From Dehalococcoidia bacterium (lineage in GTDB: Bacteria > Chloroflexota > Dehalococcoidia > SM23-28-2 > HRBIN24), in the NCBI GenBank assembly GCA_035574155.1, contig DATLZD010000045.1, forward strand, positions 741 to 64,740: 64,000 bases of DNA, read 5' to 3'. Positions 19,454 through 30,259 of the stretch are shown piece after piece. Each line of letters begins with the position of its first letter. The first letter of the stretch is position 1. The position numbers and the translations under genes are program-made. The notes under the pieces are model-generated. The model was not told the origin of the DNA, made no database searches, and worked only from the letters and a program-made list of their open reading frames with translations.

Positions 19454-20400
19454 TGGGCGGCGGGGCCCGAGGGGATCCTGCCATGAAGGTCGGCTTCATC
19501 GGACTGGGCAACATGGGCATGCCCATGGCCCGCAATGTGCTGGCATCAGGCCACCAGGTGCGGGCCTATAACCGGACCATAGCGCGCGCCCAGGAGCTGG
19601 CGACCTACGGCGCGCAGGTGGCCGCCACCCCGGCCGAGGCCGCCCAGGACGCCGAGGTGGTGGTGACGATGCTGTCGGACGATGCGGCCCTGGAGGAGGT
19701 CGTGTTCGGCCCCGAAGGCATACTCGGGGCCATGGGGGCCGGCGCCGTGCACCTGTCCATGAGCACTATCGGCGTGGCCACCGCCCGGCGGGTGTCCCAG
19801 GCCCACGCCGAGAGGGGACAGGGCTACGTGGCTGGCCCCGTCTTCGGGCGACCCGAGGCTGCCGGCGCCCGTTCCCTGTGGATAGTGGTCAGCGGCGCGC
19901 CGGAACATGTCGAACGCTGCCGGCCCCTTCTCGAGGCCATGGGAGCCGGCTACACCGATGCGGGCCCTGACCCCGCCGCTGCCCACCTGGTGAAGATCGC
20001 CGGCAACCTCCTCATAGCGGCTGCCATCGAGGCCGTAGGGGAGGCCATCGCCTTGGTGCGCAGGCACGGGATCGACCCAGGCCTGCTCATGGAGGTGGTG
20101 GCCGAAAGGGTCTTCCGCTCCCCCATCTACGCCAACTACGGCCGCATCGCCCTGGAGGGCCGTTTCCGACCGGCTGGGTTCAAGCTCCGCCACGGGCTGA
20201 AGGACATCAGGCTGGCCCTGCAGGCCGGAGAGGAGAAGACGCTGCCCCTCCCCATTGCCAGCCTGCTGCGCGACCGTCTCCTCGCGGCATTGGACCGCGG
20301 CTGGGGCGAGGACGACTGGGCCTCCATCGTGGGGCTGAACGAGCCCGGGGACGGCCGAGGCCACCCGCCCCTAGCTGGTCGCAGCGCCCATGACCGATAA
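19453..20400 (+). CDS. NAD(P)-dependent beta-hydroxyacid dehydrogenase (3-hydroxyisobutyrate / 6-phosphogluconate dehydrogenase-like)
   Basis: MKVGFIGLGNMGMPMARN Rossmann N-terminus, which may itself be the start at about 19483. The ATG at 19453 overlaps the pgk stop as TGATG. Confidence 0.75.
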   Translation: MGGGARGDPAMKVGFIGLGNMGMPMARNVLASGHQVRAYNRTIARAQELATYGAQVAATPAEAAQDAEVVVTMLSDDAALEEVVFGPEGILGAMGAGAVHLSMSTIGVATARRVSQAHAERGQGYVAGPVFGRPEAAGARSLWIVVSGAPEHVERCRPLLEAMGAGYTDAGPDPAAAHLVKIAGNLLIAAAIEAVGEAIALVRRHGIDPGLLMEVVAERVFRSPIYANYGRIALEGRFRPAGFKLRHGLKDIRLALQAGEEKTLPLPIASLLRDRLLAALDRGWGEDDWASIVGLNEPGDGRGHPPLAGRSAHDR

Positions 20401-20411
20401 TCGGTAGCGAG

Positions 20412-21620
20412 ATGGCCATGGACCTGGAGCTGGCACGACAGCTGGCCACAGAGGCCGACACGAAGATCGTCCTGGTGGTCATGGACGGCCTCGGTGGGCT
20501 GCCCCACCCGGAGACGGGCCGCACCGAGCTGGAGGCCGCCTATACGCCCAACCTGGACCGTCTCGCCCGCGAGAGCATGTGCGGCCTGACGGTTCCCGTG
20601 GCCCCCGGCGTGACTCCCGGCAGCGGTCCCGGTCATCTGGCCCTCTTCGGCTACGACCCCCTGAGGTTCCAAGTGGGGCGCGGGGTGCTGGAGGCACTGG
20701 GCATCGACTTCGACCTGCAGCCCGGAGATGTGGCCGCCCGTGGCAACTTCTGCACCGTTGACGAGGCAGGCATCGTCACCGACCGCCGGGCGGGACGCAT
20801 CGATAGCGAGCGGTGCGCCCAGCTGGTGGCCAAGCTCCGGGGCATCCAGGTGGACGGGGTGCAAGTCCTGGTGGAGCCGGTGCGGGAGCACCGCTTCCTG
20901 GTGGTCCTGAGGGGCGAGGGCCTCTCGGACCGGGTGTCCGACACGGACCCCCAGCGGGAGGGGGCGAAGGTGCCCCCCGCCGTGGCAACCGCCCCCGAGG
21001 GTGAGCGCACCGCCTCGCTGGTGAACCGCTTCGTGGCCGAGGCTGCCCGTCGCCTGCAAGAGGAGGCCCCCGCCAATATGCTGCTCTTGCGGGGCTTTGC
21101 CATGCGCCCCCACTGGCCCACCGTGCAGGAGGTCTTCCGGCTGCGGGCGGCGGCCGTGGCCTATTACCCCATGTACCGCGGCCTGGGCAAGCTGGTGGGG
21201 ATGCAGCCGTTGCCCTCAGGGCCGCGGCTGGAGGACGCCATCGCCTCGACACGGGAGCACTGGCACCAGTTCGACTACTTCTTCCTGCACTACAAGGCTA
21301 CCGACACCGCTGGGGAGGACGGGGACTTCGACCGCAAGGTAGAGGCCATCGAGGCGGCCGACCGGGCCATCCCTGCCCTCCTTGACCTGGACCCCGATGT
21401 GCTCATCGTCACCGGCGACCATTCGACGCCGGCGGTGATGGCTGGCCACTCCTGGCACCCGGTGCCGTTCATGATGCGCGCCCGCTGGGCCCGAGCCGAC
21501 GACTGCGACGCCTTCAACGAGGTGGCCCTGCAACGGGGGATCCTGGGCACCTTCCCCGCGGTGGAGGTGATGCCCCTGGCCCTGGCCCACGCGCGACGCC
21601 TCCTCAAGTTCGGGGCCTGA
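20412..21620 (+). CDS. apgM: 2,3-bisphosphoglycerate-independent phosphoglycerate mutase, archaeal type
   Basis: VVMDGLGGLPHPETGRTELEAAYTPNLDRLA...TGDHSTPAVMAGHSWHPVPF, apgM family. Confidence 0.8.
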   Translation: MAMDLELARQLATEADTKIVLVVMDGLGGLPHPETGRTELEAAYTPNLDRLARESMCGLTVPVAPGVTPGSGPGHLALFGYDPLRFQVGRGVLEALGIDFDLQPGDVAARGNFCTVDEAGIVTDRRAGRIDSERCAQLVAKLRGIQVDGVQVLVEPVREHRFLVVLRGEGLSDRVSDTDPQREGAKVPPAVATAPEGERTASLVNRFVAEAARRLQEEAPANMLLLRGFAMRPHWPTVQEVFRLRAAAVAYYPMYRGLGKLVGMQPLPSGPRLEDAIASTREHWHQFDYFFLHYKATDTAGEDGDFDRKVEAIEAADRAIPALLDLDPDVLIVTGDHSTPAVMAGHSWHPVPFMMRARWARADDCDAFNEVALQRGILGTFPAVEVMPLALAHARRLLKFGA

Positions 21621-21621
21621 C

Positions 21622-22389
<768 letters not shown>

Positions 22390-22395
22390 GGCGGA

Positions 22396-22767
22396 ATGGA
22401 GAGAGAGGCCATCATCGAGTCGCTCCGGAACAGCAGGGAGATCCGCATCACCGTCAGGGGCCGACGCAGCGGCCGTGCCATCTCCCTGCCGGTGTGGTTC
22501 GTCCTGGACGAAGAGCGCCCGTGCCTCTGGCTGTTGCCCATTCGTGGCTCCCGTAGCCCGTGGTTCCGCAACCTGGAGGCGGAGCCGGCCCTAACGGTGC
22601 AGGTGGGAGACCACTCGCTGAGAGCGACTGCGGTGGTGCACCGCGATCCCGCGCTGGTGGAGGGCACCATCGAAAGGTTCAAGGCCCGCTACACGGCCCG
22701 CGAATTCGAGCGCTACTATAGCGGTGTAGACGTGGCAATAGAGGTGCCCCTGGCAGATGAGCGATAG
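22396..22767 (+). CDS. deazaflavin (F420)-dependent nitroreductase-family protein (DUF385-like)
   Basis: TVRGRRSGRAISLPVWFV...PWFRNLEAEPALTVQVGD, the DUF385 pattern. Confidence 0.55.
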   Translation: MEREAIIESLRNSREIRITVRGRRSGRAISLPVWFVLDEERPCLWLLPIRGSRSPWFRNLEAEPALTVQVGDHSLRATAVVHRDPALVEGTIERFKARYTAREFERYYSGVDVAIEVPLADER

Positions 22768-23722
22768 AGGCGTCACACGCTGTCTGGTGGCCATCGTGGG
22801 CCCCACGGCCACCGGCAAGAGCGCGCTGGCCATCGCTCTGGCCCAGCGTTTCCAGGGCGAGGTGGTCAACGCCGACTCCCGTCAGGTCTACGCGGGCATG
22901 GACATCGGGACCGCCAAGCCCACTCCCCAGGAGCGGCGTCAGGTCCCCCATCACCTGTTCGACATCGCCCGCCCCGACGAGCCCTTCAGCCTGGGGCGCT
23001 GGCTGGACTTGGCACGGCAGACGCTGGAGGACATCTGGCAGCGGGGACGGCTGCCGGTCCTGGTGGGGGGCACCGGACAGTATGTGTGGGCGCTGCTGGA
23101 GGGCTGGACGGTGCCCAGGGTCCCGCCCAGGCCCGACCTGCGCCGCCACCTGGAGGAGCGGGCACGACGCGAGGGGGTCCAGGCCCTCTACGCGGAGCTG
23201 GCCGGGCGCGATCCTGCCGCCACCGCCTTCGTGGACCCCCGCAACGTGCGCCGGGTCGTCCGTGCCCTGGAGGTGATGGAGGCCACGGGCCGGCCCTTCT
23301 CCGAACAGCGCCGACGCATCGGCGCGCCCTTCCCCTACCTAGCCATCGGCCTATGGCTCCCGCGGCAGGAGCTTTACCGCCGCATCGACCAGCGCGTGGA
23401 GGAGATGGTGCGCCAGGGGCTGGTGGACGAGGTCCGCAAGCTGCTGGCCCAGGGCTTCTCGCCCGAGCTCCCAGCCATGAGCAGCATCGGCTACCGGGAG
23501 ATGTGCCAGCACCTGCAGGGCAAGCTGACGCTGCCTGAGGCGGTCGAGCGTATCAAGACGGGCACACACCGCCTAGTCCGCCACCAGGAGAACTGGTTCC
23601 GCCGCAGCGACCCGCGCATCCGCTGGCTGCGGGCCGATGACCCCCGCCTGCTGGAGGAGGCTTCGCGCCTCGTGGCACAGTTCCTGGCCACACGAGAGGA
23701 GGCCGTCTCGTGCGCTTCGTGA
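22757..23722 (+). CDS. miaA: tRNA dimethylallyltransferase
   Basis: LVAIVGPTATGKSALAIALA...VNADSRQVYAGMDIGTAKP. Confidence 0.9.
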   Translation: MSDRGVTRCLVAIVGPTATGKSALAIALAQRFQGEVVNADSRQVYAGMDIGTAKPTPQERRQVPHHLFDIARPDEPFSLGRWLDLARQTLEDIWQRGRLPVLVGGTGQYVWALLEGWTVPRVPPRPDLRRHLEERARREGVQALYAELAGRDPAATAFVDPRNVRRVVRALEVMEATGRPFSEQRRRIGAPFPYLAIGLWLPRQELYRRIDQRVEEMVRQGLVDEVRKLLAQGFSPELPAMSSIGYREMCQHLQGKLTLPEAVERIKTGTHRLVRHQENWFRRSDPRIRWLRADDPRLLEEASRLVAQFLATREEAVSCAS

Positions 23723-24552
23723 AGATGCACGGCACGGGAAACGATTTCGTGCTGCTGCAGCCCCAGCGGGAGGACGAGGACTGGCCCCATCTGGCCCGAA
23801 CTCTGTGCGACCGCCACTTCGGCATCGGTGCCGACGGCGTAATTCTGGTGCTCCCGTCGGACCGGGCCGACGTGCGCATGCGCATCTTCAACCCTGACGG
23901 CTCCGAGGCCGAGATGTGCGGCAACGGCATTCGGTGCCTGGTCCGCTACGCCGTCGAGACGGGGCTCGCCCGTCCCCGCGACGGCCAGCTGATGGTGGAG
24001 ACCGCCGCCGGCGTGCTGCCCGCCTGGGTGGACGTGGAGGACGGCCAGGTCCAGCGGGTGCGGGTCGGCATGGGCGTGCCGCGCTTCTCGCCCCAGGAGG
24101 TGCCCGTCCGGGCCCAGGGGCCCGGGCCGCTGCTTTCTTTGCCCCTGGAGGTGGGGGGCCACCGGCTCTCGTTGACCTGCCTCTCCCTGGGCAACCCGCA
24201 TGCGGTCCACTTCCTGGACGGGCCGGTGGAGGAGTTCCCCCTCCAGGAGGTGGGCCCGGCGGTGGAGCACCACCCCCTTTTCCCACAGCGGGTCAACTTC
24301 GGCGTGGCCCGTGTCCTGGACAGGGGACACGTGGAGCTGCGGGTCTGGGAACGGGGCGCTGGGCCGACATTGGCCTGCGGGTCAGGCGCCACCGCTGCTG
24401 TGGTGGCCGCCCGCCTGCACGACCTGGTGGACAGCAGGGTAGAGGTCCATCTGCCGGGCGGCACCCTGACCATCGAGTGGGACGGCCGGGGAGAGGCCTA
24501 TCTGAGCGGCCCGGCCCAATGGGTGTTCGAGGGCAGATGGCTGGGGCAATAG
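23710..24552 (+). CDS. dapF: diaminopimelate epimerase
   Basis: FVKMHGTGNDFVLL...MCGNGIRC...CGSGATA. Confidence 0.9.
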   Translation: MRFVKMHGTGNDFVLLQPQREDEDWPHLARTLCDRHFGIGADGVILVLPSDRADVRMRIFNPDGSEAEMCGNGIRCLVRYAVETGLARPRDGQLMVETAAGVLPAWVDVEDGQVQRVRVGMGVPRFSPQEVPVRAQGPGPLLSLPLEVGGHRLSLTCLSLGNPHAVHFLDGPVEEFPLQEVGPAVEHHPLFPQRVNFGVARVLDRGHVELRVWERGAGPTLACGSGATAAVVAARLHDLVDSRVEVHLPGGTLTIEWDGRGEAYLSGPAQWVFEGRWLGQ

Positions 24553-24687
24553 CGCCCGATGGGTCCCTGATGGGATGCCCGCCATGATCCCCGCCCCCGC
24601 TACAGGAGCCGACAGGAGGTGGTAGCGCCACCGATGCCGACCAGGCCTGCCCAGTCCGCCGACGTACCGTAGTGAAGGAGGTGCGAG

Positions 24688-25059
24688 GTGATCAAGCTGG
24701 TCTACTGCATGCACCGCCGGCCAGGCATGACCATGGCCGAGTTCCAGAAGCATTGGCGAGAGGTGCATGCCCCCCTGGTCAAGAAGAACGCTGCCGTCCT
24801 GGGAATCCGCCGCTATGTCCAGCTCCACACCTTGGACAGCCCTTTCGTGCGTGAGCTGAACAGACAGCGCGGCTGCGAACTGGAACCCTTCGACGGCGTG
24901 GCAGAGATCTGGCTGGACAGCCTGGACGGCTTCGCCTCCGTCCTCCAGTCGGAGGAGGGGCGCCGTGCCGTGGAGGAGCTGGCGGAGGACGAGCGGCGCT
25001 TCATCGACTTCGAGCGCTCCATCGTGATATTCGCCGAGGAGCACCCCATCATCGCCTAG
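24688..25059 (+). CDS. EthD-domain protein
   Basis: MIKLVYCMHRRPGMTMAEFQKHWREVHAPLV, the EthD family pattern. GTG start preceded by GAAGGAGG. Confidence 0.6.
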   Translation: MIKLVYCMHRRPGMTMAEFQKHWREVHAPLVKKNAAVLGIRRYVQLHTLDSPFVRELNRQRGCELEPFDGVAEIWLDSLDGFASVLQSEEGRRAVEELAEDERRFIDFERSIVIFAEEHPIIA

Positions 25060-25072
25060 GGAGGGAAGGCCC

Positions 25073-26251
25073 TTGAGGCTCTCGCGCCGCCTGGAGAAGC
25101 TGCCGCCCTACCTGTTCGTGGAGATCAGCCGCAAGATAGCCGAGAAGCGTGCCCAGGGCATCCGCGTGGTCTCCTTTGCCATCGGGGACCCCGATCTGCC
25201 CACGCCCCGTCACATACTGGATGCCCTCATAGAGGCGGCCCGTGACCCGGTCAACCACCGCTATCCCGAGACGGAGGGGCTGCCGGAGCTGCGGCAGGCC
25301 ATCGCCCGCTGGTACCGGCGCCGGTTCGGGGTAGAGCTGGACCCCGACACGGAGGTGCTACCCCTCATCGGCTCCAAGGAGGGCATCGGCCACGTCGCCC
25401 TGTGCCTGATAGACCCCGGGGACATAGCGCTGGTGCCCGATCCGGGCTATCCGGTTTACTCCATGGGGACGGTGCTGGCGGGCGGTGAGCCCTATTATCT
25501 CCCCCTGCGGGCCGAGAACGGCTTCCTCCCCGACCTGGACGAGGTGCCGCCGGAGGTGGCGCGACGGGCCAAGGTGCTGTGGCTCAATTACCCCAACAAC
25601 CCCACCGGGGCTGTGGCTGACCTGTCCTTCTTCCAGCGGGCCGTGGAGTTCGCCCGCCGCTATGGCCTGGCCATATGCCACGATGGCCCCTATACCGAGG
25701 TCGCCTTCGACGGCTACCGCCCGCCCAGCTTCCTCCAGGCGGAAGGCGCCAAGGACGTCGGCATCGAGTTCCATTCCCTCTCCAAGACCTACAACATGAC
25801 CGGCTGGCGCATCGGCATGGCTGTGGGCAACGCCGACCTGATCCGGGCCCTGCGGGACGTCAAGTCCAACCTGGACTCGGGCATACCGCAGGCCATCCAG
25901 CGCATGGCCATCGCCGCCCTGGACGGCCCCCAGGACTGCATCGACGAACACAACCGCACCTACCAGCGCCGACGCGACCGATTGGTGGAGGCCCTGCGCA
26001 GCCTGGGGCTGCGGGTGGACCCTAGCCCCGCCTCCCTCTACCTGTGGGCGCGGGTGCCCGAGGGCGAGACGTCGGTGAGCTACACTGCCAAGCTGCTGGA
26101 GGAGGCGGCGGTGGTGGTGACCCCAGGCGTGGGCTACGGGCCCAGCGGCGAGGGCTACATCCGCCTCTCCCTTACCGTCCCCGATGAGGACCTGGAGGAG
26201 GGGCTACGGCGCATGGAGAGGCTGGCCAGCGGCCAGCGCCCCACCTTCTGA
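25073..26251 (+). CDS. dapL: LL-diaminopimelate aminotransferase (DapL-type class I aminotransferase)
   Basis: LPPYLFVEISRKIAEKRAQGIRVVSFAIGDPDLPTP..., PLP Lys motif SLSKTYNMTGWRIG. Adjacent to dapF. Confidence 0.75.
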   Translation: MRLSRRLEKLPPYLFVEISRKIAEKRAQGIRVVSFAIGDPDLPTPRHILDALIEAARDPVNHRYPETEGLPELRQAIARWYRRRFGVELDPDTEVLPLIGSKEGIGHVALCLIDPGDIALVPDPGYPVYSMGTVLAGGEPYYLPLRAENGFLPDLDEVPPEVARRAKVLWLNYPNNPTGAVADLSFFQRAVEFARRYGLAICHDGPYTEVAFDGYRPPSFLQAEGAKDVGIEFHSLSKTYNMTGWRIGMAVGNADLIRALRDVKSNLDSGIPQAIQRMAIAALDGPQDCIDEHNRTYQRRRDRLVEALRSLGLRVDPSPASLYLWARVPEGETSVSYTAKLLEEAAVVVTPGVGYGPSGEGYIRLSLTVPDEDLEEGLRRMERLASGQRPTF

Positions 26252-26281
26252 AGGGACGCCCTGGCGGATGGCTTATACTGG

Positions 26282-27547
26282 TTGGGGGAGGACCAGGACC
26301 GAAGAGGGAGGGAAGATAGCATAGGCCGCAGGCTGCACGAGACCATAAGCCCGCCCGAGCGTGCCCTGCTGGTGGCGGCCGAGGCCAAGAACGGCGGCCG
26401 CCGCGACAGTTGGGACGCGGCCAGTTCCCTCGAGGAGCTGGCCCTTCTGGCCAGCACTGCCGGCGCCCAGGTGGTAGGCAGGGTCGTCCAGAGGCTGGAG
26501 CGGCCCGACCCGGCCTATTACGTAGGCCGCGGCAAGCTGCAGGAGATAGTCTCCCTGCGCACCACCCTTGGCTATGACCTGGTCATATTCGACGACGAGC
26601 TGTCGCCCGTGCAGCAGCGCAACCTGGAGCGCGCCCTGCAGGTAAAGGTCCTGGACCGGACGGCCCTCATCCTGGACATATTCGCCCAGCATGCCCGCAC
26701 CCGCGAGGGCCGGCTGCAGGTGGAGCTGGCCCAGCACGAATACCTGCTGCCCCGCCTGCGGGGACAGTGGTCCCACCTGGAGCGCCTCGGCGGAGGCATC
26801 GGGACCCGTGGGCCGGGCGAGACGCAGCTGGAGACGGACCGCCGGCTCATCAAGCGCCGCATCCAGCACCTGCGGCGCGAGCTGGAAGAGGTGCGTCAGC
26901 ACCGGGCCCTGCACCGGCGTCGTCGGGCCAGGGAGGGCCTGCCGCTGGTGTCGCTGGTGGGCTACACCAACGCCGGCAAGAGCACCCTCATGCGGGCCCT
27001 ATCAGGGGCCGACGTGCTGGTGGCCGACCAGCTCTTTGCCACCCTGGACCCCCTCACCCGCAGGGTGCGGCTCCCCAGCGGCGGCTTCTTCCTCCTGACG
27101 GACACGGTGGGGTTCATAAACAAGCTGCCGCCCCAGCTGGTGGCGGCCTTCCGCGCCACCTTGGAGGAGCTGGACGAGGCCGACCTCCTGCTGCACGTCA
27201 TCGACATAACGCACCCCAGGGCAGCCGAGCAGGCCGATGCGGTGGAGAAGACCCTCGCCGAGCTGGGGCTTCAGGCCAAGGCGCGCATCGCCGTGCTCAA
27301 TAAGGTGGACCGCCTGCAGCGCAAGGACGGCCGACCCATCGCTGGGCTGGAGGAGGTCACCGACCTCCTCCCGCACCTCCGCTCCTGGCAGCCGCGGGCG
27401 GTCCTGGTCTCTGCCCTGCGGGGCTGGGGCCTGGACGAACTGTTACAGCAGATAGAGGCGGCCCTGGCCCAGGAGCGCAGGGCCGCCCTCGATGGCAACC
27501 GCGGGACCGCCGCCATGACGCCGGCCCGCGGACGGGCCAGCCGCTAG
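26282..27547 (+). CDS. hflX: GTPase HflX
   Basis: N-terminal HflX domain and G domain (GYTNAGKSTLMRAL...DTVGF...NKVD). Confidence 0.9.
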   Translation: MGEDQDRRGREDSIGRRLHETISPPERALLVAAEAKNGGRRDSWDAASSLEELALLASTAGAQVVGRVVQRLERPDPAYYVGRGKLQEIVSLRTTLGYDLVIFDDELSPVQQRNLERALQVKVLDRTALILDIFAQHARTREGRLQVELAQHEYLLPRLRGQWSHLERLGGGIGTRGPGETQLETDRRLIKRRIQHLRRELEEVRQHRALHRRRRAREGLPLVSLVGYTNAGKSTLMRALSGADVLVADQLFATLDPLTRRVRLPSGGFFLLTDTVGFINKLPPQLVAAFRATLEELDEADLLLHVIDITHPRAAEQADAVEKTLAELGLQAKARIAVLNKVDRLQRKDGRPIAGLEEVTDLLPHLRSWQPRAVLVSALRGWGLDELLQQIEAALAQERRAALDGNRGTAAMTPARGRASR

Positions 27548-28062
27548 GGCAGTGGCCCGTCGCCCCACAGGCGCAGCGTGAGCTCAGCCACCCTCCGCCC
27601 CAGGGCGCGGGCCTGCTCCCGATCGACGTCGCTGACCTGGCCGTGGGCGGTGGCCCCGTAATAGGAGCCGGAAAGGCGCATCCGCTCCGACCAGGGCAGG
27701 CCCACCACTACCATGCCGTGGGCGAAGAGCAGGTGCAGGAGCTGCAGCAGGGTGGCCTCGATGCCGCCGGAGCGGGAGTAGCCGGCGGTGAAGGCGGCCC
27801 CCACCCTCCCGGCCAGCTCACCTGTCTCCCACAGGTCGCCCGAGTGGTCGAACCACTCCTTGAGCTTGCCGGTTATGCCGCTCCAGTTGGGGGAGCCGAG
27901 GACCAGCCCGTGGCATCCCTTCAGCTCATCGATGCTGGCCTCGTCCAGGCGACGATAGACCAGGCGCACGCCTTCCACGGAGCGCACGCCCTCGGCCACG
28001 GCCTCCGCCAACTGCTCCACCAGCCCCCCGCGCGAGTCGAAGAGCACCAAGACGGTAACCAT
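27544..28062 (-). CDS. flavodoxin-like NAD(P)H:quinone oxidoreductase (WrbA-like)
   Basis: MVTVLVLFDSRGGLVEQLAEAVAEG...LGSPNWSGI... Confidence 0.7.
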   Translation of the reverse strand: MVTVLVLFDSRGGLVEQLAEAVAEGVRSVEGVRLVYRRLDEASIDELKGCHGLVLGSPNWSGITGKLKEWFDHSGDLWETGELAGRVGAAFTAGYSRSGGIEATLLQLLHLLFAHGMVVVGLPWSERMRLSGSYYGATAHGQVSDVDREQARALGRRVAELTLRLWGDGPLP

Positions 28063-28092
28063 GGGGGACCCACAGCGGGGCAGGGGTAGCGC

Positions 28093-28638
28093 TCAGTCGC
28101 CGAGGAGGGTCGTGTAGCCCAGGGCTACAACCTCTTCCACGTATTCGGAGCGCCAGCCGGGGTTGGGTATGCGATAGCCGTGCTGACGGAACCAGCGGTG
28201 GAGCTTGAGGTATTGCTCCTCCAGATAGCGGCGCCAGGCGTCCTCCTCGCGGAAGAGGTCCGGGTCCACGTCCTCCAGGCGCTTGTCCATCTCCTCGGGG
28301 TCTATGTCCAGGTCCTCGCGCCAGTACTCGCTCAGGTAGTCCAGGGACTCCTCCAACTGGCGGCGGCACTCCTCCAACAGGGCCACCATCATGCCGTACT
28401 GGTCTACCTTGCGGCCCCGCAGGCGGACGGCGCGGGCGCACTCCTCGCACAGGGTGACCAGCTTACGGGCGTCGCAGTACTCCTCCTTGTTGCACCCCTC
28501 GCACAGGGGCGCCCAGTGGGCAGCCTCTGGGGCGCGCATGTAGCCGATGTAGACCTCATCGGTGAGCGCCCCGCAGCGGGGACAGGACAGCTTATTGGCC
28601 AGGATCTCGTTGATGGTCCGCTGCCAGTCTATCTGCAT
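28093..28638 (-). CDS. Cys-rich zinc-ribbon hypothetical protein with an acidic C-terminal region
   Basis: CPRCG...CEGC...CEEC motifs followed by a glutamate/aspartate-rich tail. No recognisable family. Confidence 0.45.
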   Translation of the reverse strand: MQIDWQRTINEILANKLSCPRCGALTDEVYIGYMRAPEAAHWAPLCEGCNKEEYCDARKLVTLCEECARAVRLRGRKVDQYGMMVALLEECRRQLEESLDYLSEYWREDLDIDPEEMDKRLEDVDPDLFREEDAWRRYLEEQYLKLHRWFRQHGYRIPNPGWRSEYVEEVVALGYTTLLGD

Positions 28639-28806
28639 GACGGCATGCCCGCGGAGGCCTCCGCACCTCTTATCATAGGCAGCCCCCGTCCCCTGTCAAC
28701 CGCCGGGACCCGTCCCCTGCGCCCCCCGCAGGAGCGGGGGAGGTCCCCCGGGTCGCCCCCTGAGCGCCCGGGCTTACTCCCCATCGACCCCCCGACGACT
28801 CAGCCT

Positions 28807-30246
28807 CTAGGACGACGGCAGCTCTCGGGGCCAGTGGCTCGCCCAGGGACGTGCCTGCTCGAAGGCATAGGCGGCCCGCAGCACCAGGTCCTCCCGCAGG
28901 CGCGGCCCCACGATCTGCAGCCCCACCGGCAGCCCGGCGTCGCTGAAGCCGGCCCGCACCGTGGCCGCCGGGTGGCCCGACAGGTTGAAGGGATACGTGA
29001 AGGCGACATAAGATATGGGGTTCTCGATGGGGCGGCCGGCGATCTCCATGCTCAGGCGCCCATGGGCGTCCACCGCTTCGGTGGCAGTAGTGGGGGTCAG
29101 CAGGAGGTCGTAGCGCTCGAACAGGTGCCAAAGGCGGTTGACCAGGTCGGCCCGGACCGCCTGGGCGCGATAGTACTGGTCCTGTGTCACCTGACGCCCC
29201 CGCTCGGCCAGGGCCAAGAAGCCGCGCCCGAACTGGTCGCGGTGGGCCTCCACCTTGTCAGCGATGCGCATCCACAAGGCCCCACCCTCGACGATCCCCC
29301 ACGCCCAGGCCGGGTCCGGGAACACGTCCTCCACCTCCTCCACCTCGTGTCCCAGGTCCTGGAAGACACGGGCGGCCGACTCCGCCACCCTCAGGACGTC
29401 GGGCTGCACTAGGGCATAGCCCAGGGTAGGGCTCCAGGCCACACGCAAGCGCGACAAGGGTTCTCGCAGTCGCTCGACATAAGAATAGCCTGGGTGAGGT
29501 AGGGAATAGGGGTCCGATGGATGGTCGCCCACCACGGCGTCGAGGTAGAGGGCGGCGTCCATGACGGTCCGGGTGATGGGGCCGTAGCAGGCCAGCCCGC
29601 TCCAGGGCACCACCTCAAAGGGCCCCATGGGCACGCGCCCGAACTGGGGCTTTATGCCGAAACAGCCGGTGTAGGCAGCGGGGATACGGATGGAGCCGCC
29701 GGCGTCGGAGGCGGTGGCCAGGGGCACCATCCCGGCGGCGATGGCCGCAGCCGAGCCGCCGCTGGAGCCACCGGGCGTCCGCTCCAGGTGCCAGGGGTTC
29801 AGGGTCGCGCCCGTCAGCAGGTTGCGGCAGAAGAAGGTGTACCCGAACTCTGGGGTGGAGGTCTTGCCCACCACGATGGCCCCCGCCCGCTTCAGCCGCT
29901 CCACCTGCACCGAGTCCCGCCGCGCCACGTTGTCGCGGAAGGGGAGGGAGCCATAAGTGGTGGGCAGGCCGGCCACGTCCTCCAGGTCCTTGACCCCTAG
30001 GGGCAAACCAGCCAAGGGGCCCACTTCCTCGCCGCGGGCGATGAGGTCGGCCATCTGACGGGCCTCGGCCAGGGCCTCGTCTGCCCGCAGGGTGATAAAG
30101 GCCCTTATCACCGGGTCGAGGCGGCGGATTCGGTCCAAGGTGGCCTCCATCAGCTCCACCGGCGACAGCTGACGGCTGCGCACCAGCTCGGCTAACTCGT
30201 GGGCCGGCCGGAAGACCAGGTCGTCCATGTCGCCCTCCCTTGACAT
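28807..30246 (-). CDS. amidase (amidase-signature family)
   Basis: GGSSGGSAAAIAAGMVPLATASDAGGSIRIPAAYTGCFGIKP, the AS-family signature with catalytic Ser. The start is ambiguous (MSREGD or MDDLV). Confidence 0.85.
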   Translation of the reverse strand: MSREGDMDDLVFRPAHELAELVRSRQLSPVELMEATLDRIRRLDPVIRAFITLRADEALAEARQMADLIARGEEVGPLAGLPLGVKDLEDVAGLPTTYGSLPFRDNVARRDSVQVERLKRAGAIVVGKTSTPEFGYTFFCRNLLTGATLNPWHLERTPGGSSGGSAAAIAAGMVPLATASDAGGSIRIPAAYTGCFGIKPQFGRVPMGPFEVVPWSGLACYGPITRTVMDAALYLDAVVGDHPSDPYSLPHPGYSYVERLREPLSRLRVAWSPTLGYALVQPDVLRVAESAARVFQDLGHEVEEVEDVFPDPAWAWGIVEGGALWMRIADKVEAHRDQFGRGFLALAERGRQVTQDQYYRAQAVRADLVNRLWHLFERYDLLLTPTTATEAVDAHGRLSMEIAGRPIENPISYVAFTYPFNLSGHPAATVRAGFSDAGLPVGLQIVGPRLREDLVLRAAYAFEQARPWASHWPRELPSS

Positions 30247-30259
30247 AACTGTTTCGGCC

